Shown: positions 1 through 10,797, numbered from the stretch's first letter. The stretch is DNA of 64,000 nucleotides from Alphaproteobacteria bacterium (GCA_964291215.2 OZ219791.1:1600001-1664000), one strand, 5' to 3'. Notes: generated by a model not told the origin, from the letters alone. Made by a program: numbers and translations.

Positions 1-881
1 TCGCCGGTGCCGAACTGCGACTTGTCGCGCGCGGTCTGGACGACATGGCCGTAAGCGATCCAGTCGACCACGGATCCGCCCAGGCCCGGAATGGCTCCGA
101 TCAGCGTGCCGATGCCGGCGCAACGCAGGCACAGCCACCGGTGCCGGATCATGTCCTTCAGACCGTCAAGCCAGCCCCGGCCCAGCGCCGCGCCGCTCGC
201 GATTGTTCCAGACCTGCGAAGGAGGTCGATGACCTCGGGGAATGCGAAGATACCGAGGCCGATCACGACCAGCGGGATGCCGTCCGCCAGATAGTCGACG
301 CCGAGTGTCATCCGCCACTCACCGGTTGCCGGCGCGCCGCCGATCACGCCCATGACGAGACCGAGACCGCAGGACGCGACGCCCTTCCAGAGATTCCGGC
401 CGGAAAGGACGCCGACCATCGAGATGCCGAGCACCGCCAGCATGAACAGTTCCGCCGAGGTAAAGAATAGGATGACGGGCTTGGCGACGAGCACGAAGAA
501 GGTCAGAATCAGGGCGCCGAACAGCCCACCGAACAGCGAAGCCGAGAAGGCCGCGCCGAGGGCGCGGGCGGCCTCGCCCTTCTTGGCAAGCGGAAACCCG
601 TCCAGCACCGTCGCCTGGGAGGCGGACGAGCCGGGTATGCCCATCAGCACCGAGGTGAAGGTGTCGGAGGTCGGAATGACCGCAACGAGACCGACCAGCA
701 TGGCGAGCGCCGAGACCGCGTCCATGCCGTAGAGGAACGGGATCAGCAACGACAGGCCGACGATCCCGCCGAGCCCCGGAAACACGCCAACCACGAGCCC
801 GAGAAGCACGCCCACCACCATGAAGATCAGGTGCTGGGCGGTGAACAGGACCGTGAAGGCTTCGGCAAGCGCCTCGAAGAT
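1..881 (-). CDS. tctA: Tripartite tricarboxylate transporter permease TctA (runs off left edge; start uncertain, first in-frame ATG at 821)
   Basis: Manual translation gives GVFPGLGG...TSDTFTSVLMGIPGSSASQATVLDGFPLAKKG...WIAYGH, typical TctA motifs; lies downstream of tctC. Confidence 0.85.
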   Translation of the reverse strand, partial: MFEALAEAFTVLFTAQHLIFMVVGVLLGLVVGVFPGLGGIVGLSLLIPFLYGMDAVSALAMLVGLVAVIPTSDTFTSVLMGIPGSSASQATVLDGFPLAKKGEAARALGAAFSASLFGGLFGALILTFFVLVAKPVILFFTSAELFMLAVLGISMVGVLSGRNLWKGVASCGLGLVMGVIGGAPATGEWRMTLGVDYLADGIPLVVIGLGIFAFPEVIDLLRRSGTIASGAALGRGWLDGLKDMIRHRWLCLRCAGIGTLIGAIPGLGGSVVDWIAYGHVVQTARDKSQFGTG

Positions 882-902
882 GGGACCCGTATCTCCGTGA
901 GA

Positions 903-930
903 GCCGGCGGCGGGTTACCCCGCCGCCGGC
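903..930. terminator. GC-rich stem-loop between tctC and tctA (likely mRNA-stabilising hairpin or attenuator)
   Basis: gccggcggcggg-ttac-cccgccgccggc perfect inverted repeat just after the tctC stop; no U-tract. Confidence 0.55.
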
Positions 931-940
931 CGATGGAACG

Positions 941-2023
941 CTAGAACTTGACGTTGTACTTCGTCGTCAGCCAATCGCGCACCCAGGCCTTTGCTGCCGG
1001 GGGCACGTGGGTCGCCGACTTGTAGCGGACCTCGGCCTCCGCCCCGGTGACCTGGGCGTACTTGCCGATCTTCTTGTCCTTGGTGCCGACATATTCGGGA
1101 TCCGCGAACATGCGCTTGAACGCGTCCTGATAAGCTTTGACCATGTCCGTTGGCGTTTCCTTCGGGACGACCATGAACTTCTGCGCCGGGAAGCCGGCGA
1201 TGAAGAAGGCCTTCCAGGCCTCGAAAGCAGGTCCGGATGGCTTCTTGCCCTTCACCTGCTCATACACCTCGGCGAAGTGCGGGAGATCGGGGAAGGTCGG
1301 ATCACGGATGAGGTTGCCGTCGGCATCAAGGAAGCCCCAACTCATGATCGGAGCGGCGTTGCCCTCCTTGACCAGGGGCGTGACCTTGGACAGGTAGGCG
1401 GCCGATGTTTGGTAGTCGATCTGGGTCTCGCCCGTCATGAAGGCCTTGCGGCCTGCCGACCGGCCCTTCATCCCGAAGACCGCCTTCACGTTCAGGCCCA
1501 GCATCTCGAAGGCGAGAAGCGGCACCAGATCAAGCGAGGTCGCGCCCTGGGAGCCGTATTTGAGCGCCGGGTTCTTCTTCGCCAGATCGGCCGCCGACTT
1601 CGCGCCGAGTTTCGGGCTGATATAGACGACGCCGCCGGTCGCGTAGGCGAGAAGCGGACGCCACTTCGCGTAGTCGTACTTCACGCGCCTGTCCCCAAGG
1701 AGAAACGGAAACTGTGTCGAGCCGGAGGTGCCGAACAGTTCGAGCCCGTTGGCGCGCGCGCGAGACGCGTAGAGATTGGCGCCCTTCGTGGATCCGCCGC
1801 CGGGGACGAACTTGAGCTGGATGGTGGCCCCGATCTGCTTTTCGAGGAGCGGCGCGACGTAGCGCGCCCAGCGCCCGGACCCGCCGCCTTCTTTGAACGG
1901 GATCATCCACGAGATGGTCTTGCCCTTGAGGTCGGCAGCGACCGCGGGTGCGGCCGGCAGGGCCAGCCCGGCCGCTGCCGTGATAGCAAGACCGGAGAGC
2001 GTTCCCTTGATCAGATGTTTCAT
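941..2023 (-). CDS. tctC: Tripartite tricarboxylate transporter substrate-binding protein (Bug/TctC)
   Basis: Signal peptide; IPFKEGGG and VPGGG motifs; purine-rich RBS before ATG at 2023; adjacent to tctA. Confidence 0.85.
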   Translation of the reverse strand: MKHLIKGTLSGLAITAAAGLALPAAPAVAADLKGKTISWMIPFKEGGGSGRWARYVAPLLEKQIGATIQLKFVPGGGSTKGANLYASRARANGLELFGTSGSTQFPFLLGDRRVKYDYAKWRPLLAYATGGVVYISPKLGAKSAADLAKKNPALKYGSQGATSLDLVPLLAFEMLGLNVKAVFGMKGRSAGRKAFMTGETQIDYQTSAAYLSKVTPLVKEGNAAPIMSWGFLDADGNLIRDPTFPDLPHFAEVYEQVKGKKPSGPAFEAWKAFFIAGFPAQKFMVVPKETPTDMVKAYQDAFKRMFADPEYVGTKDKKIGKYAQVTGAEAEVRYKSATHVPPAAKAWVRDWLTTKYNVKF

Positions 2024-2597
2024 TTGGCTTCTTTCCTTTTCGGGAATCGTCATTACACGATGGCGTTATATAGGAAGCGCCGCGCCGCGGCCACAACTGG
2101 ATCTTTTCGCGGAGCATCGCCGCGCAACTGCCCGGAACCGCCAAGAAAACGGCCAAGCGCGAACCGGTCTCGGATACGCAGTGTATCAAATGCAAGATCC
2201 CGGGCGCATGCCGGAAGTAGCTGGCAGAGGCAGATCCTGAGTGTGCGGAACAGGCGCCATCGATCGATAACCGGTCGTCAATGTCCTTGTCGATGCCGGG
2301 AAGATGTCCGCGGCTTCGACGGGCAGGATTCGGGCAGTCGGTGGCGTCCCGGGAACTCGGTGCGGAACACCAGCCGGCTGTTTCCGGAACAGCCGCTACC
2401 CGCCGGAAAAGTGCAACCCGGCTCCGCAATGGTGTATGTCTGTACGCCTCCCCCCCCCCCCCGAACGTCGGGCGGGGGCTTTCGAAGGGCGGTATCGGCA
2501 ATGGAGCGCGGCAAGCCATGATGACGGTTTCTGGTCCGAACGCGGTTTTGCGGACCTCCATCCATCGCCCGTGCACCTCGCGTCGGCAGCAGCCGGC

Positions 2598-4169
2598 ATG
2601 ACGTCTCTGCCGCAACTCGACATCGCGTTCCGTACGCTCGGCGCGGCGTTCGAGGATTTCGCGGCGCGCCACCCGCACAAGCTCGCAATACACTCAATCG
2701 ACCAGGACATCTCCCTGGATTTCGCGGCCCTCGACGAGTTCGTCGAACGCACCGCCGCAAGAATGGTCGAGTTCGGCATCTCGCGGGGCAGCCGCGTCGC
2801 AATCCTGTCGGGCGAATGCGTGGAAAAGCTCATCCTCATGTTCGCGGCGTGGCGCTGCGGCGCGTCCGCGTGCCCGTTTCACACGGAAATCCCGGCTGGC
2901 CATCTCGGTTCCATTCTTGCGGCCATCGAGCCGTCCCTCGTCGTCTGGCATTGCGACCTGGACGGCCCTGCAATCCTCGGCGGCCTCTCTTGCCCGCAGG
3001 TGTCTTTCAGTCGCATCGGCGAATGCGAAGGGTTTCTCGCACGGCCGGGAACCGGTCCGCTGCCGCAACGGGGTGAAGAGTACGGTCCCACGGACGAGGG
3101 ATGCATCTTCGCGACCTCGGGCACGACCGACCGGCCCAAATGCGTGGTCTGGGATCACCTGGGGCTCTGGATGTGCGGGCTGTCGACCATCGACTTCACC
3201 GGCATGACGGCAGAGGACCGCATTCTCGAGTACCGCACCTTCAGCTGGTTGTCTCCCCAGATTGTCACCTTCATGCCCTTCGTGTCGCTGGGGCTGACGA
3301 TCGTGATCGCGGACGGATTTTCGAGGGCCCGCTTCTTCGACTGGATCCGCGATCATGCGATCACGGTCGCGGCCGGCGTCCCGACGGTCATCAACATGCT
3401 GCTCGACGACCCCGTCAACGTGCCGCCCGGAGACCTGGCGTCGCTGCGGCTGATGACAGCCAGTTCGGCACCGCTCGCCCCGGACCGCTGGCGGCGTTTC
3501 GAGGACCGCTACGGCATTACGGTGCTCCAGTTCTACGGCGCCTCGGAAGGCGGCTGGCTGTGCGGCAACCGGCATGACCGCAGGCGGGTCGGAACCGCGG
3601 GGCCCTCTGCCCGGTACATGGATCTCGCAATCGTTGACGACGACGGAGGAATCTGCCCGCCGGGTGTCGCCGGCGAGATCACCATTCGCGGCCCCCAGAC
3701 TGCCACCGCCGCCATCTCGTCAAACGGTGAGTGGGAGGACCGGACGGGCTTCCGTCTGTCGGAACGCACGAGGACCGGAGATCTCGGTGTCATGGACGGC
3801 GATGGCTTCGTAAGTGTTACCGGACGGGTGAAGGATGTCATTCTTCGCGGCGGAGTCTCAATCGCGCCGCTCGAGATCGACGCAGCGATGGTCCGAAATC
3901 CCGGCATCAGCGAGGCCGCAGCCATCGGCATACCCGATCCGGTCTGGGGGGAGGAGATCGCCTGCTATGTGGTCCTGGCCCCCGGCGCAAAGCTCGATGA
4001 CGCCTCGATTCTGGCACACGCGGAGACAGTCCTTCCTCCTTCGCGACAACCCCGGCGCGTAGTAATTGTCGACCAGCTGCCCAGAAACGACCGTGCCAAG
4101 GTCAAACGGGACGCGCTCAAACGGATGTGGATCGAGACCGGGGAGCCAGAGGGGCAGGACGAAGGCTGA
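2598..4169 (+). CDS. Acyl-CoA synthetase / AMP-binding enzyme
   Basis: TSGTTDRPK P-loop, YGASE, RTGDLG, GRVKDVILRGG and C-terminal LPRN..AKV motifs. Confidence 0.88.
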   Translation: MTSLPQLDIAFRTLGAAFEDFAARHPHKLAIHSIDQDISLDFAALDEFVERTAARMVEFGISRGSRVAILSGECVEKLILMFAAWRCGASACPFHTEIPAGHLGSILAAIEPSLVVWHCDLDGPAILGGLSCPQVSFSRIGECEGFLARPGTGPLPQRGEEYGPTDEGCIFATSGTTDRPKCVVWDHLGLWMCGLSTIDFTGMTAEDRILEYRTFSWLSPQIVTFMPFVSLGLTIVIADGFSRARFFDWIRDHAITVAAGVPTVINMLLDDPVNVPPGDLASLRLMTASSAPLAPDRWRRFEDRYGITVLQFYGASEGGWLCGNRHDRRRVGTAGPSARYMDLAIVDDDGGICPPGVAGEITIRGPQTATAAISSNGEWEDRTGFRLSERTRTGDLGVMDGDGFVSVTGRVKDVILRGGVSIAPLEIDAAMVRNPGISEAAAIGIPDPVWGEEIACYVVLAPGAKLDDASILAHAETVLPPSRQPRRVVIVDQLPRNDRAKVKRDALKRMWIETGEPEGQDEG

Positions 4170-4225
4170 CAGGTACTAGTGCCGAAGAACGCTCGCCGAG
4201 ATCGAGGCGAACACCAAGATCGGCT

Positions 4226-4292
4226 GTAACTGTTCACCCCCTGGTTCCGGCTTGATGTCGGGGTAGAGCAACGCGGAATGGATCGGGTCATT
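4226..4292 (+). mobile_element. Orphan IS66-family left end, interrupted by group II intron A
   Basis: gtaactgttcaccccctggttccggcttgatgtcggggtagagcaacg is nearly identical to the IS66 end at 4631. Confidence 0.7.
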
Positions 4293-4618
4293 GTGCAGCG
4301 GTCTAGCTGCTGATCTTGCGGGTGCAAGTCCCGCCGACGCAATTCCCAGTTTGGCACCGTAGCATATCCCACTGGTTCAGGGGTAACCCTAGGCCAGCGA
4401 GCTGGGATGTAGAAGCCGTTGTGGGCTGGCTGGAACACAATGTCCGGCCGGTCTGGTCAGCCAGAGCGGTGAGCGAACCGGAGGGCGAAAGCGAACGATG
4501 AAGCCTCGAAAAGGAAATTCCCACACGAATCTGATTTGTGGGGCAATCGGGAATGCCAAGGGCCTGTCTCCTGCCTAGTGGCTAGTGTCGATGCGGAAGA
4601 GCTGGGTGCGCCAGGCTA

Positions 4619-6976
4619 GGTTGTGGACTCGTAACTGCTCACCCCCTGGTTCCGGCTTGATGTCGGGGTAGAGCAACGAACGGGTTTTCGTGGAGATTTG
4701 ACACTGCATGCCGATTCGCTTAGTGGTGGTCATCGAGAACGACGGGGACCGCCAGTGGGCTACTTTGGATCGAAGGCGACGAGCGGGCTGTGCCAGTTGC
4801 TTCCGGGGCTCCAGCCTCCGCATGATCTGTATGTGGAAACGCATCTCGGAAGCGGCGCGCTGATGAAGCGCAAGGCCGGGTGATGGCGACGGTCAACGCG
4901 GCGCGCGAGGAGTTCGAAGCGGCCAAGACCGCGGCGCTGCCGGCAAGGTGGCGGAAGAGGCCGTGATCCGCGTCCTCGTCATCCTGCTCGACATCCTCAT
5001 CGTCGTCCTTCTGGAGAAGACCACGCACGAGCCGGAACTCCGGTCTGCCGCCGTCACAGACGGACAAGAGCGTGCCGGAAGCAACGGCAAGGGCCCGAAG
5101 CCGAACCGGCAGATGGGCGACAACCTGCGCAAGACCATCGTCGAGGAAACGGTCGCGGCCTGCGACGCCTGCGGCGCCGACGGCCCCGTCGATCGGGAGC
5201 GCCGCACGACATCGTGTTCGAGGTCGTCGAGCGCCGCGTCGACACCGAGGAATGCCCGAAGTGCAAGGGCCGGTTCCCCGACAACATCCCGTGCAGTACG
5301 GCATCGGCATCCAAGCCCTCGTCATCAACCTGCTGGTCGCCCAGATGCTGTCCCTGCGCCGTGCCGTCGCGTTCGTGCAGTCGATCTCCGGCATCAAGCT
5401 CTCCGAGGCAACCTGCCTCGGCTATGCTTTCACGATGCGTCATGGGAGGAGGCCGCCGTGGCGCACCTCCTGCAACGCCCGATGTCGACGATTTCGGATC
5501 AACAGCAAGTGGCTCCATGTCGTGGGACCCTGACGTGCAAGTTCCCGCACCGCAAGCGCGGCCGGGAGGCAAGAGATCGGCCCGTGCTACAAGGGCGTCC
5601 TGGGCCTCGTACATGGGCCAGTGTAGCCACCAGCGGCAGCCACCTGCTGCGCGAACTGACCTTTGTCGTCGAGGCTACCGCGCGACTGATGAAGAGCCTG
5701 TTCCGCGAGGTCTGCCACAAGGTCAACAAGAGCGCATCCAAAACCCTGAACGACGCCGGGCGCAAGCGCTACCGCACCATCAGGGCGCCAGGGAACTGCC
5801 CGATATCCCGACGAAAGGAAAACGTGGACGCAAGTCCGACGCGCACAACCTGCACGAACGTCTCGTGAAACACGAAAACCTGCGCTTCACAGACGACCCC
5901 GACGTCAGCTTCACCAACAATGCCGGAGAACAGAAAATCAGGATGGCAAAGGTCAAGGTGTCCGGATGCTTCCGCACCATGCTCGACGCAAAAGCATGGT
6001 GCCGGGGCTCAAGCTACCTCACCTCCATGGCCGCACTCGGCTACAATCATCACGTTGCCACCCAGATCGCCCTCGACGGAAAAGCCGCAGACATCATCAA
6101 CGAGCACCACGACCAATCAGAACCCAACTAGGGGTGAGTAGATACGTGGACTCAAATAATTGGTTTGCGATTCTGCGGAGCAAGAATCGGCTGGCAGCCA
6201 GTTGCACGGCGGAGAGGAAGTTCCTTGTCATAACGGGTGGCGACTCGTCGGAACTCCTTGATCTTGCCGAAAAACCGCTCGATCAGGTTGCGAATCCTGT
6301 AGATCTCGCGGTCGAGCGGCCGTGGCGATGTCCGGTTGGATTTCATGACCGCGGTTGCTCCTGCCGTCTCGATCAGATGGCGTCGGTGTCGTAGGCCTTG
6401 TCGCCGACCACCGTCTCGCTCGAGGTCGGCGAGAAGCGCCTCCGCCTGCGCGCAGTCGGCCGCTTGGCCCGGGGTCAGGAACACGGTCTTCACCCTCTCG
6501 TTCTCGCCAAGATGGACCTTCGTCGTTCGTCCGCCACGGCCCGATTTGCGAAGGCTCGTCGTCCCGGGACGCCTCAGCTTGTGAACGCGCACCGACAAGG
6601 AGTCGACCATGCGCAGGTGAACCGAGCCGGGCGGGCCATCGTCGCTCCCGTCACCATCGCTCGTAAGCCTTTGAAGCTTCTCCATGCCCAAGTGCCGTTC
6701 TTGCTCCACCGGTTGAAGCGGTTGAAGCAGACGGACCGTAGCGCAGGTCGCGCCACGGCGTACCGGTGCGAAGCACGAAGAATATCCCGTTCATGACCCT
6801 CCGGTCATGCACCCGCTCCGGGCCCTGGTGCTTGTCAGGAAGCACCGAGCGGAGAACTTTTCATTCCGCGTCGCTCATGTCGTGTCGGTCGCCGCTCATC
6901 CTTCACTCTCCTTGTGAATCGCTTTCGACAAGAATAAGGCAGATCATGCAAAATGTCAACATTTGGGTACACAACC
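4619..6976 (-). mobile_element. IS5-family (IS427-like) element, transposase pseudogene 6152-6899, with IS66 inserted in its end
   Basis: TIRs ggttgtggactc/ggttgtgtaccc; TA duplication restoring intron B ggcTAactgg; RRVMNGIFFVLRTG.PWRDL and IERFFGKIKEFRRVATRYDK motifs. Confidence 0.85.
4631..6145 (+). mobile_element. IS66-family element type 1: truncated adenine MTase (4755-4883) plus frameshifted TnpC (4883-6131)
   Basis: TIRs gtaactgctcacccc/gtatctactcacccc; 8-bp TSD gtggactc at 4623-4630 and 6146-6153; FTNNAGEQKIRMAK...SGCFR motif. Confidence 0.9.
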
Positions 6977-8202
6977 TAACTGGTGGAATGTTGCCGGGTG
7001 CAAGTCCCGGCAGGAAGAGAGGCTAACCACCACTTTCTCCGTGAACCATGCGTCGTGAGGCGAAGCGTTGGTGAGCGGCAGGCCGGGCTATTGAGCCACG
7101 AGATTCTGTGAAACCGGAGTGCCGAGGTCGTGGCCGAAGGCAACACCCTGTGTGCCGTATTGGTGAGGCAGACGGGGGCTCCGCGGGGTCTGAGAACCAT
7201 GGCCGAAGCAGGGACCTGGGAGGTCTTTCAATTGTCCCTCTGTCGTGGAGGGGCCGCAGAGGAAAGGAACTAATCCGTAAACCGATGATGAACGAGAAGT
7301 CAGATTCGGCCATAGTACCGTTGAAGGCGGCGAACAAGGGTTCTTCGGAGCCTGCGGAGTTGTTTGAGGGAAGGGCAATGCGGTTGGCCCGCGCCGCGCG
7401 CAGAAGCGGGGGTCACAGGCGGCTGAACGCAGGTAGCGAAGAGGAACCCGGAAGAGCGTCTTTACTCCACCACGTGACGGTCGACATTCTGCACGATGCG
7501 TTCCATTCCTTGAGGAAGGACGCGGCGGCGGGCGTGGACGGCGTTGTGTGGCAAGCGTACGCGGAGGGTTTGGAAGACCGTCTGGTTGACCTGCACGCCC
7601 GTGTGCACAGGGGTGCGTACCGGGCGCCTCCAGGGTCTACATACCCAAGGAGGATGGAGGGCAACGACCGCTTGCCTCGCTGGAGGACAAGATTCTTCAG
7701 CGGGCGGTGTGATTCTGGTGCCGCGAGACGGAGTTCCTCGGGTTCAGTTACGGCTTCCGGCCGGGGCGCACAACGCGCTCGATGCAGTCACGGTGGAACG
7801 GCGGAAGGTCAACTGGATCGTTGACGCCCCTTCGACAACCGCGACCACCTGGTCGCGATGCTCGAGAGACGGATCGGGGGGTCTGATCATCAAGTGACGC
7901 CGGCATCATGGAAGGGACCGACTGGCAAGGGGACACCGCAGGGGGGCGATTGTAACGCCCCAAACGCAAAAGGCAACTTCCGCTTTGAGCGCGAAATTGT
8001 GCATTGGCGCGACCGCCCTTTGATTGATTTGAGACGCAAACGGTAATATCGTTATGACAAATGGCGCGATCATCGCGATCCCAAAAGGTCGAGCGGCACC
8101 GCGTACACCTTGCTCGCCCAAGGCGTGACGGCAAGCGAAGCGGTGCCTGTCTCAGCGCTTCGGTTTGTCACGGCGTATCGCTACCTCCAGGAGGCGTGCG
8201 CC

Positions 8203-8361
8203 ATGAGCCAGCCGGTCGAGCCGGCCGAGGCGGTGATCCCGATCACCATCAAGATTCCAGGCACGGAGGCTTTGCGGGCGCATTCCAGGAGCAGCGGCGA
8301 TTCGATAGGGGAGATTGTCGCGCGGGCTTTGAGACGCTCGGACATGGGTCGTCATTGCTGA
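8203..8361 (+). CDS. Small putative ribbon-helix-helix-like protein of the recombinase element
   Basis: caggagg RBS; ITIKIP...LR...SIGEIVARAL pattern. Confidence 0.4.
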   Translation: MSQPVEPAEAVIPITIKIPGTEALRAHSRSSGDSIGEIVARALRRSDMGRHC

Positions 8362-8490
8362 ACGCCGCTCAAGCTCTCGGCCCGCCGTTCACCTTGACTT
8401 TGATCGTCTGCTCGCCGCCAAGCTCCAGAACGCCTACGCGATCCTGGTGCCCGGCCCACAAGATCCCAACCCACGACGTAGGAGACGATC

Positions 8491-9942
8491 ATGAAGATTG
8501 CAGCCCTGTGGGTCTCGGGCGAGCAGGGATAGCAACACGATCGCCAGCCAGGCCTTGGTTGCCTACACGCCATGGCTACTGCGTGGCGCCCGACATGGTC
8601 ATCGAGGATGACGGCTATACCGGCGCGGTTCTCGAACGCTGGAGCGTGTCAGGGACCTCGCCGCGGAGGGGCGCGCCGTCCTGGTCCATGCCCCGGATCG
8701 CTTGAGCCGCCGCCTATCAGGTTCTGATCATCGAGGAGCTGGCCCGGCGTTGAGACCGTGTTCCTGAACGCGCCGTCGATGGAAACCCCCGAAGACCATC
8801 TCCTCGTCTAGGGAATGATCGCGGAATACGAGCGCGCGCAGATTCTGGAGCGTTCCCGTCGCGGCAAGCGTCGTCGGGCGCGGCGAGGTCGCCGGCGCAC
8901 CCTATGGCTACCACAAGAAAACCCAGGACAGCGACGCTTTCTACGAAATCACCGAACCGCAGGCGTCCGTGATCTACCGCCATTACACCGAAGATCACGT
9001 CAGCATCGGCGCGATCGCTCGCACACTCAACAAGTGTCCCCACGTCTTCCGGGCGCTGGGAACGCTCGGTGGTGATCCTGCGGAGTACAAGGGAAGAGCG
9101 TGCAAGACCCGGGTTGCGCCGCAGCGTGCGGCCTCTGCGCCGCCGCGACAGCAACACTGCCGGTCACGAACGGCCGCGACTGGATCGAGATCCCGGTGCC
9201 AGCGATCGTCAGCGAAGAGACCTTCGCCCTCGCCGAAGAGCAACGCAACAAGGTCTTCTCCAGGCGTAGGACCAAAACGCCCAGCGTCTCGCAGGGGCGT
9301 GCGGCAAATGCGGCTACGTCGGCCCGAACCACTGCCCGCAAGATCTCCTACTACCGCTGCCTGGGTTCCGACGCCTGGCGCCATCTCAACGGCCCGCTGT
9401 GCAACAGCCGTCCCGTGCATCTGCTCGATGACATCGTATGGCTGGTCCGCTTGCTCGAAGATCCGGCGCTCGTGAAAGCAGAGATCGGACTGGAGGCAGC
9501 CCGTGTCTCCGATCCAAGCCAGCAGCGCGAGGCCGACCTTCGGCATCGGCTGGGTCCGCAAGGCCATCGACCGCTTCGTCACGGCCTATCAGGAGGAGTT
9601 GATCACCATCGACGAGTTGCGCAACAGAACGCCCGAGCTCCGCCGTCAGGAACAAGCGCTGCATCGCGAACTGCAATCCACCGTCGATCGCGCCAAGGAT
9701 CGAGAGACTTATCTTCGGCTCGCCGAGACTCTGACCGGCTTTCTGGCGCGGCTGCGTTCGTCAGCCGAAACTCTGGACATCGCCGAACGGCAGCGTATCG
9801 TCCCGCTCCTCGTGAAGGAGATACTTGTCACCGAGGACAAAATCACTATCCGCCATTCCATCTCGCCGGGCGCGGACCCGTCGAGACCCGACAACGGCGG
9901 ACCCGAAGGCGAGAGTTACCTTTTGCGTTCGGGGCGTCGTCA
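8491..9942 (+). pseudogene. Large serine recombinase (catalytic, recombinase, Zn-ribbon and coiled-coil domains), frameshifted
   Basis: ggag RBS then MKIAAL; EDDGYTG, PDRLSR, GMIAEYERAQILERSRRGK, IPVPAIVSEETF, YYRC and LLVKEILV motifs spread across frames. Confidence 0.85.
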
Positions 9943-10782
9943 GCCCCTGCCTGGCGAACGTTTACCTGCACTACGTGACTGGTTCCAGAACCATTGGCGC
10001 AAACGGATGACTGACACGATCATCGTGCGCTATGCGGATGATTTTGTGTGCGGCTTTCAGGATCAGGGCGATGCGAAGCGCTGGGACCTCGGGGAGAGGT
10101 TGGCTCACTTGAACTGCACCCGGACAATCATCGAGTTCGGTCGGTTTGCGAGAGCGAACCGCCGGAAGCGGGGGCAAGGCGTTCGACTTCCTCGGTATGA
10201 CGCACTATTGCGAGCAGACGAGGAAGGGCAAGTTCAGGGTCGGCCGCAAACTATCCCAGAAACGGGCACCCTGCGGCGGATCAAGGAGGCGCTGCGCAAG
10301 CGGTGGCACGACAATCGGCACAAGACGGCCAAGTGGCGAGTGATCAAAGGCTGCTACTACGCCGTTCCGGGAAGCAGCCTGCGGGAGTTCATATACCAAT
10401 GCAAACTGCTGCGTGCCCTTCGGCGACGCTCCCAAAAGGACCGCACCGATTGGAGGGTCTTGGACACCCTTATCGCTGCCCACTGAGCCAGCATCCGCCA
10501 CCCGTGGCCAAACCAGCGCCTTGTCGTCAGGACCTGAGGGAGGAGCCGGATGCGAACAGCGCACGTCCGGATCCGTGCGGGGGGACCGGGGTAACCCGGT
10601 TCCCTACCGCGATGGAGCACGCATCGGGTTTCCCGGGGTAGAGACGGCGGCAATTCGGGACGGTACAGCAGTGAAAGACCGGAAGGTGAGGAGGACAGAC
10701 AGGATGGTGTGAGCCTTGAATGTCAAGGACCGCGTCCATGACCGCGAACCGGGAAAGGACGCGGAGTCCTCCTGACTGGCGG

Positions 10783-10797
10783 GTGCGCCAGGCTAAC
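10783..10797 (+). ncRNA. 5' stub of another intron B copy inserted in intron A and cut off by IS1634
   Basis: gtgcgccaggctaac is identical to the intron B 5' end and begins exactly where intron A homology stops. Confidence 0.65.

Larger units (their letters stand above)
7951..9942 (+). mobile_element. Integrated large-serine-recombinase element inside the intron B RT gene
   Basis: Inverted ends acgccccaaacgcaaaaggcaact / acgccccgaacgcaaaaggtaact; RT sequence resumes on both sides. Confidence 0.8.
4606..10613 (+). mobile_element. Group II intron B, copy 1, with degraded RT/maturase; interrupted by IS5(IS66) and a serine recombinase element
   Basis: 5' GTGCG; RT remnants LLHHV, AAGVDG, PQG, LANVYLHY, RYADDF, FDFLG; domain V gaggagccggatgcg...cacgtccggatc at about 10540; ends cctaccgcgat. 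Confidence 0.88.
4293..10782 (+). ncRNA. Group II intron A, copy 1 (own sequence 4293-4605 and 10614-10782; interrupted by intron B; 3' part lost)
   Basis: Both pieces align co-linearly with the contiguous copy at 41435-42255. Confidence 0.75.

Noticed and set aside
9503-10486. Apparent recombinase-reverse transcriptase fusion protein
   Set aside because: Produced by recombinase read-through past the att junction plus microdeletion frameshifts in the intron RT; not a genuine designed fusion.
7378-10486. RT as retron, DGR or CRISPR-associated RT
   Set aside because: Flanked by a group II intron 5' end and domains V/VI; no msr/msd, TR/VR pair or cas genes.
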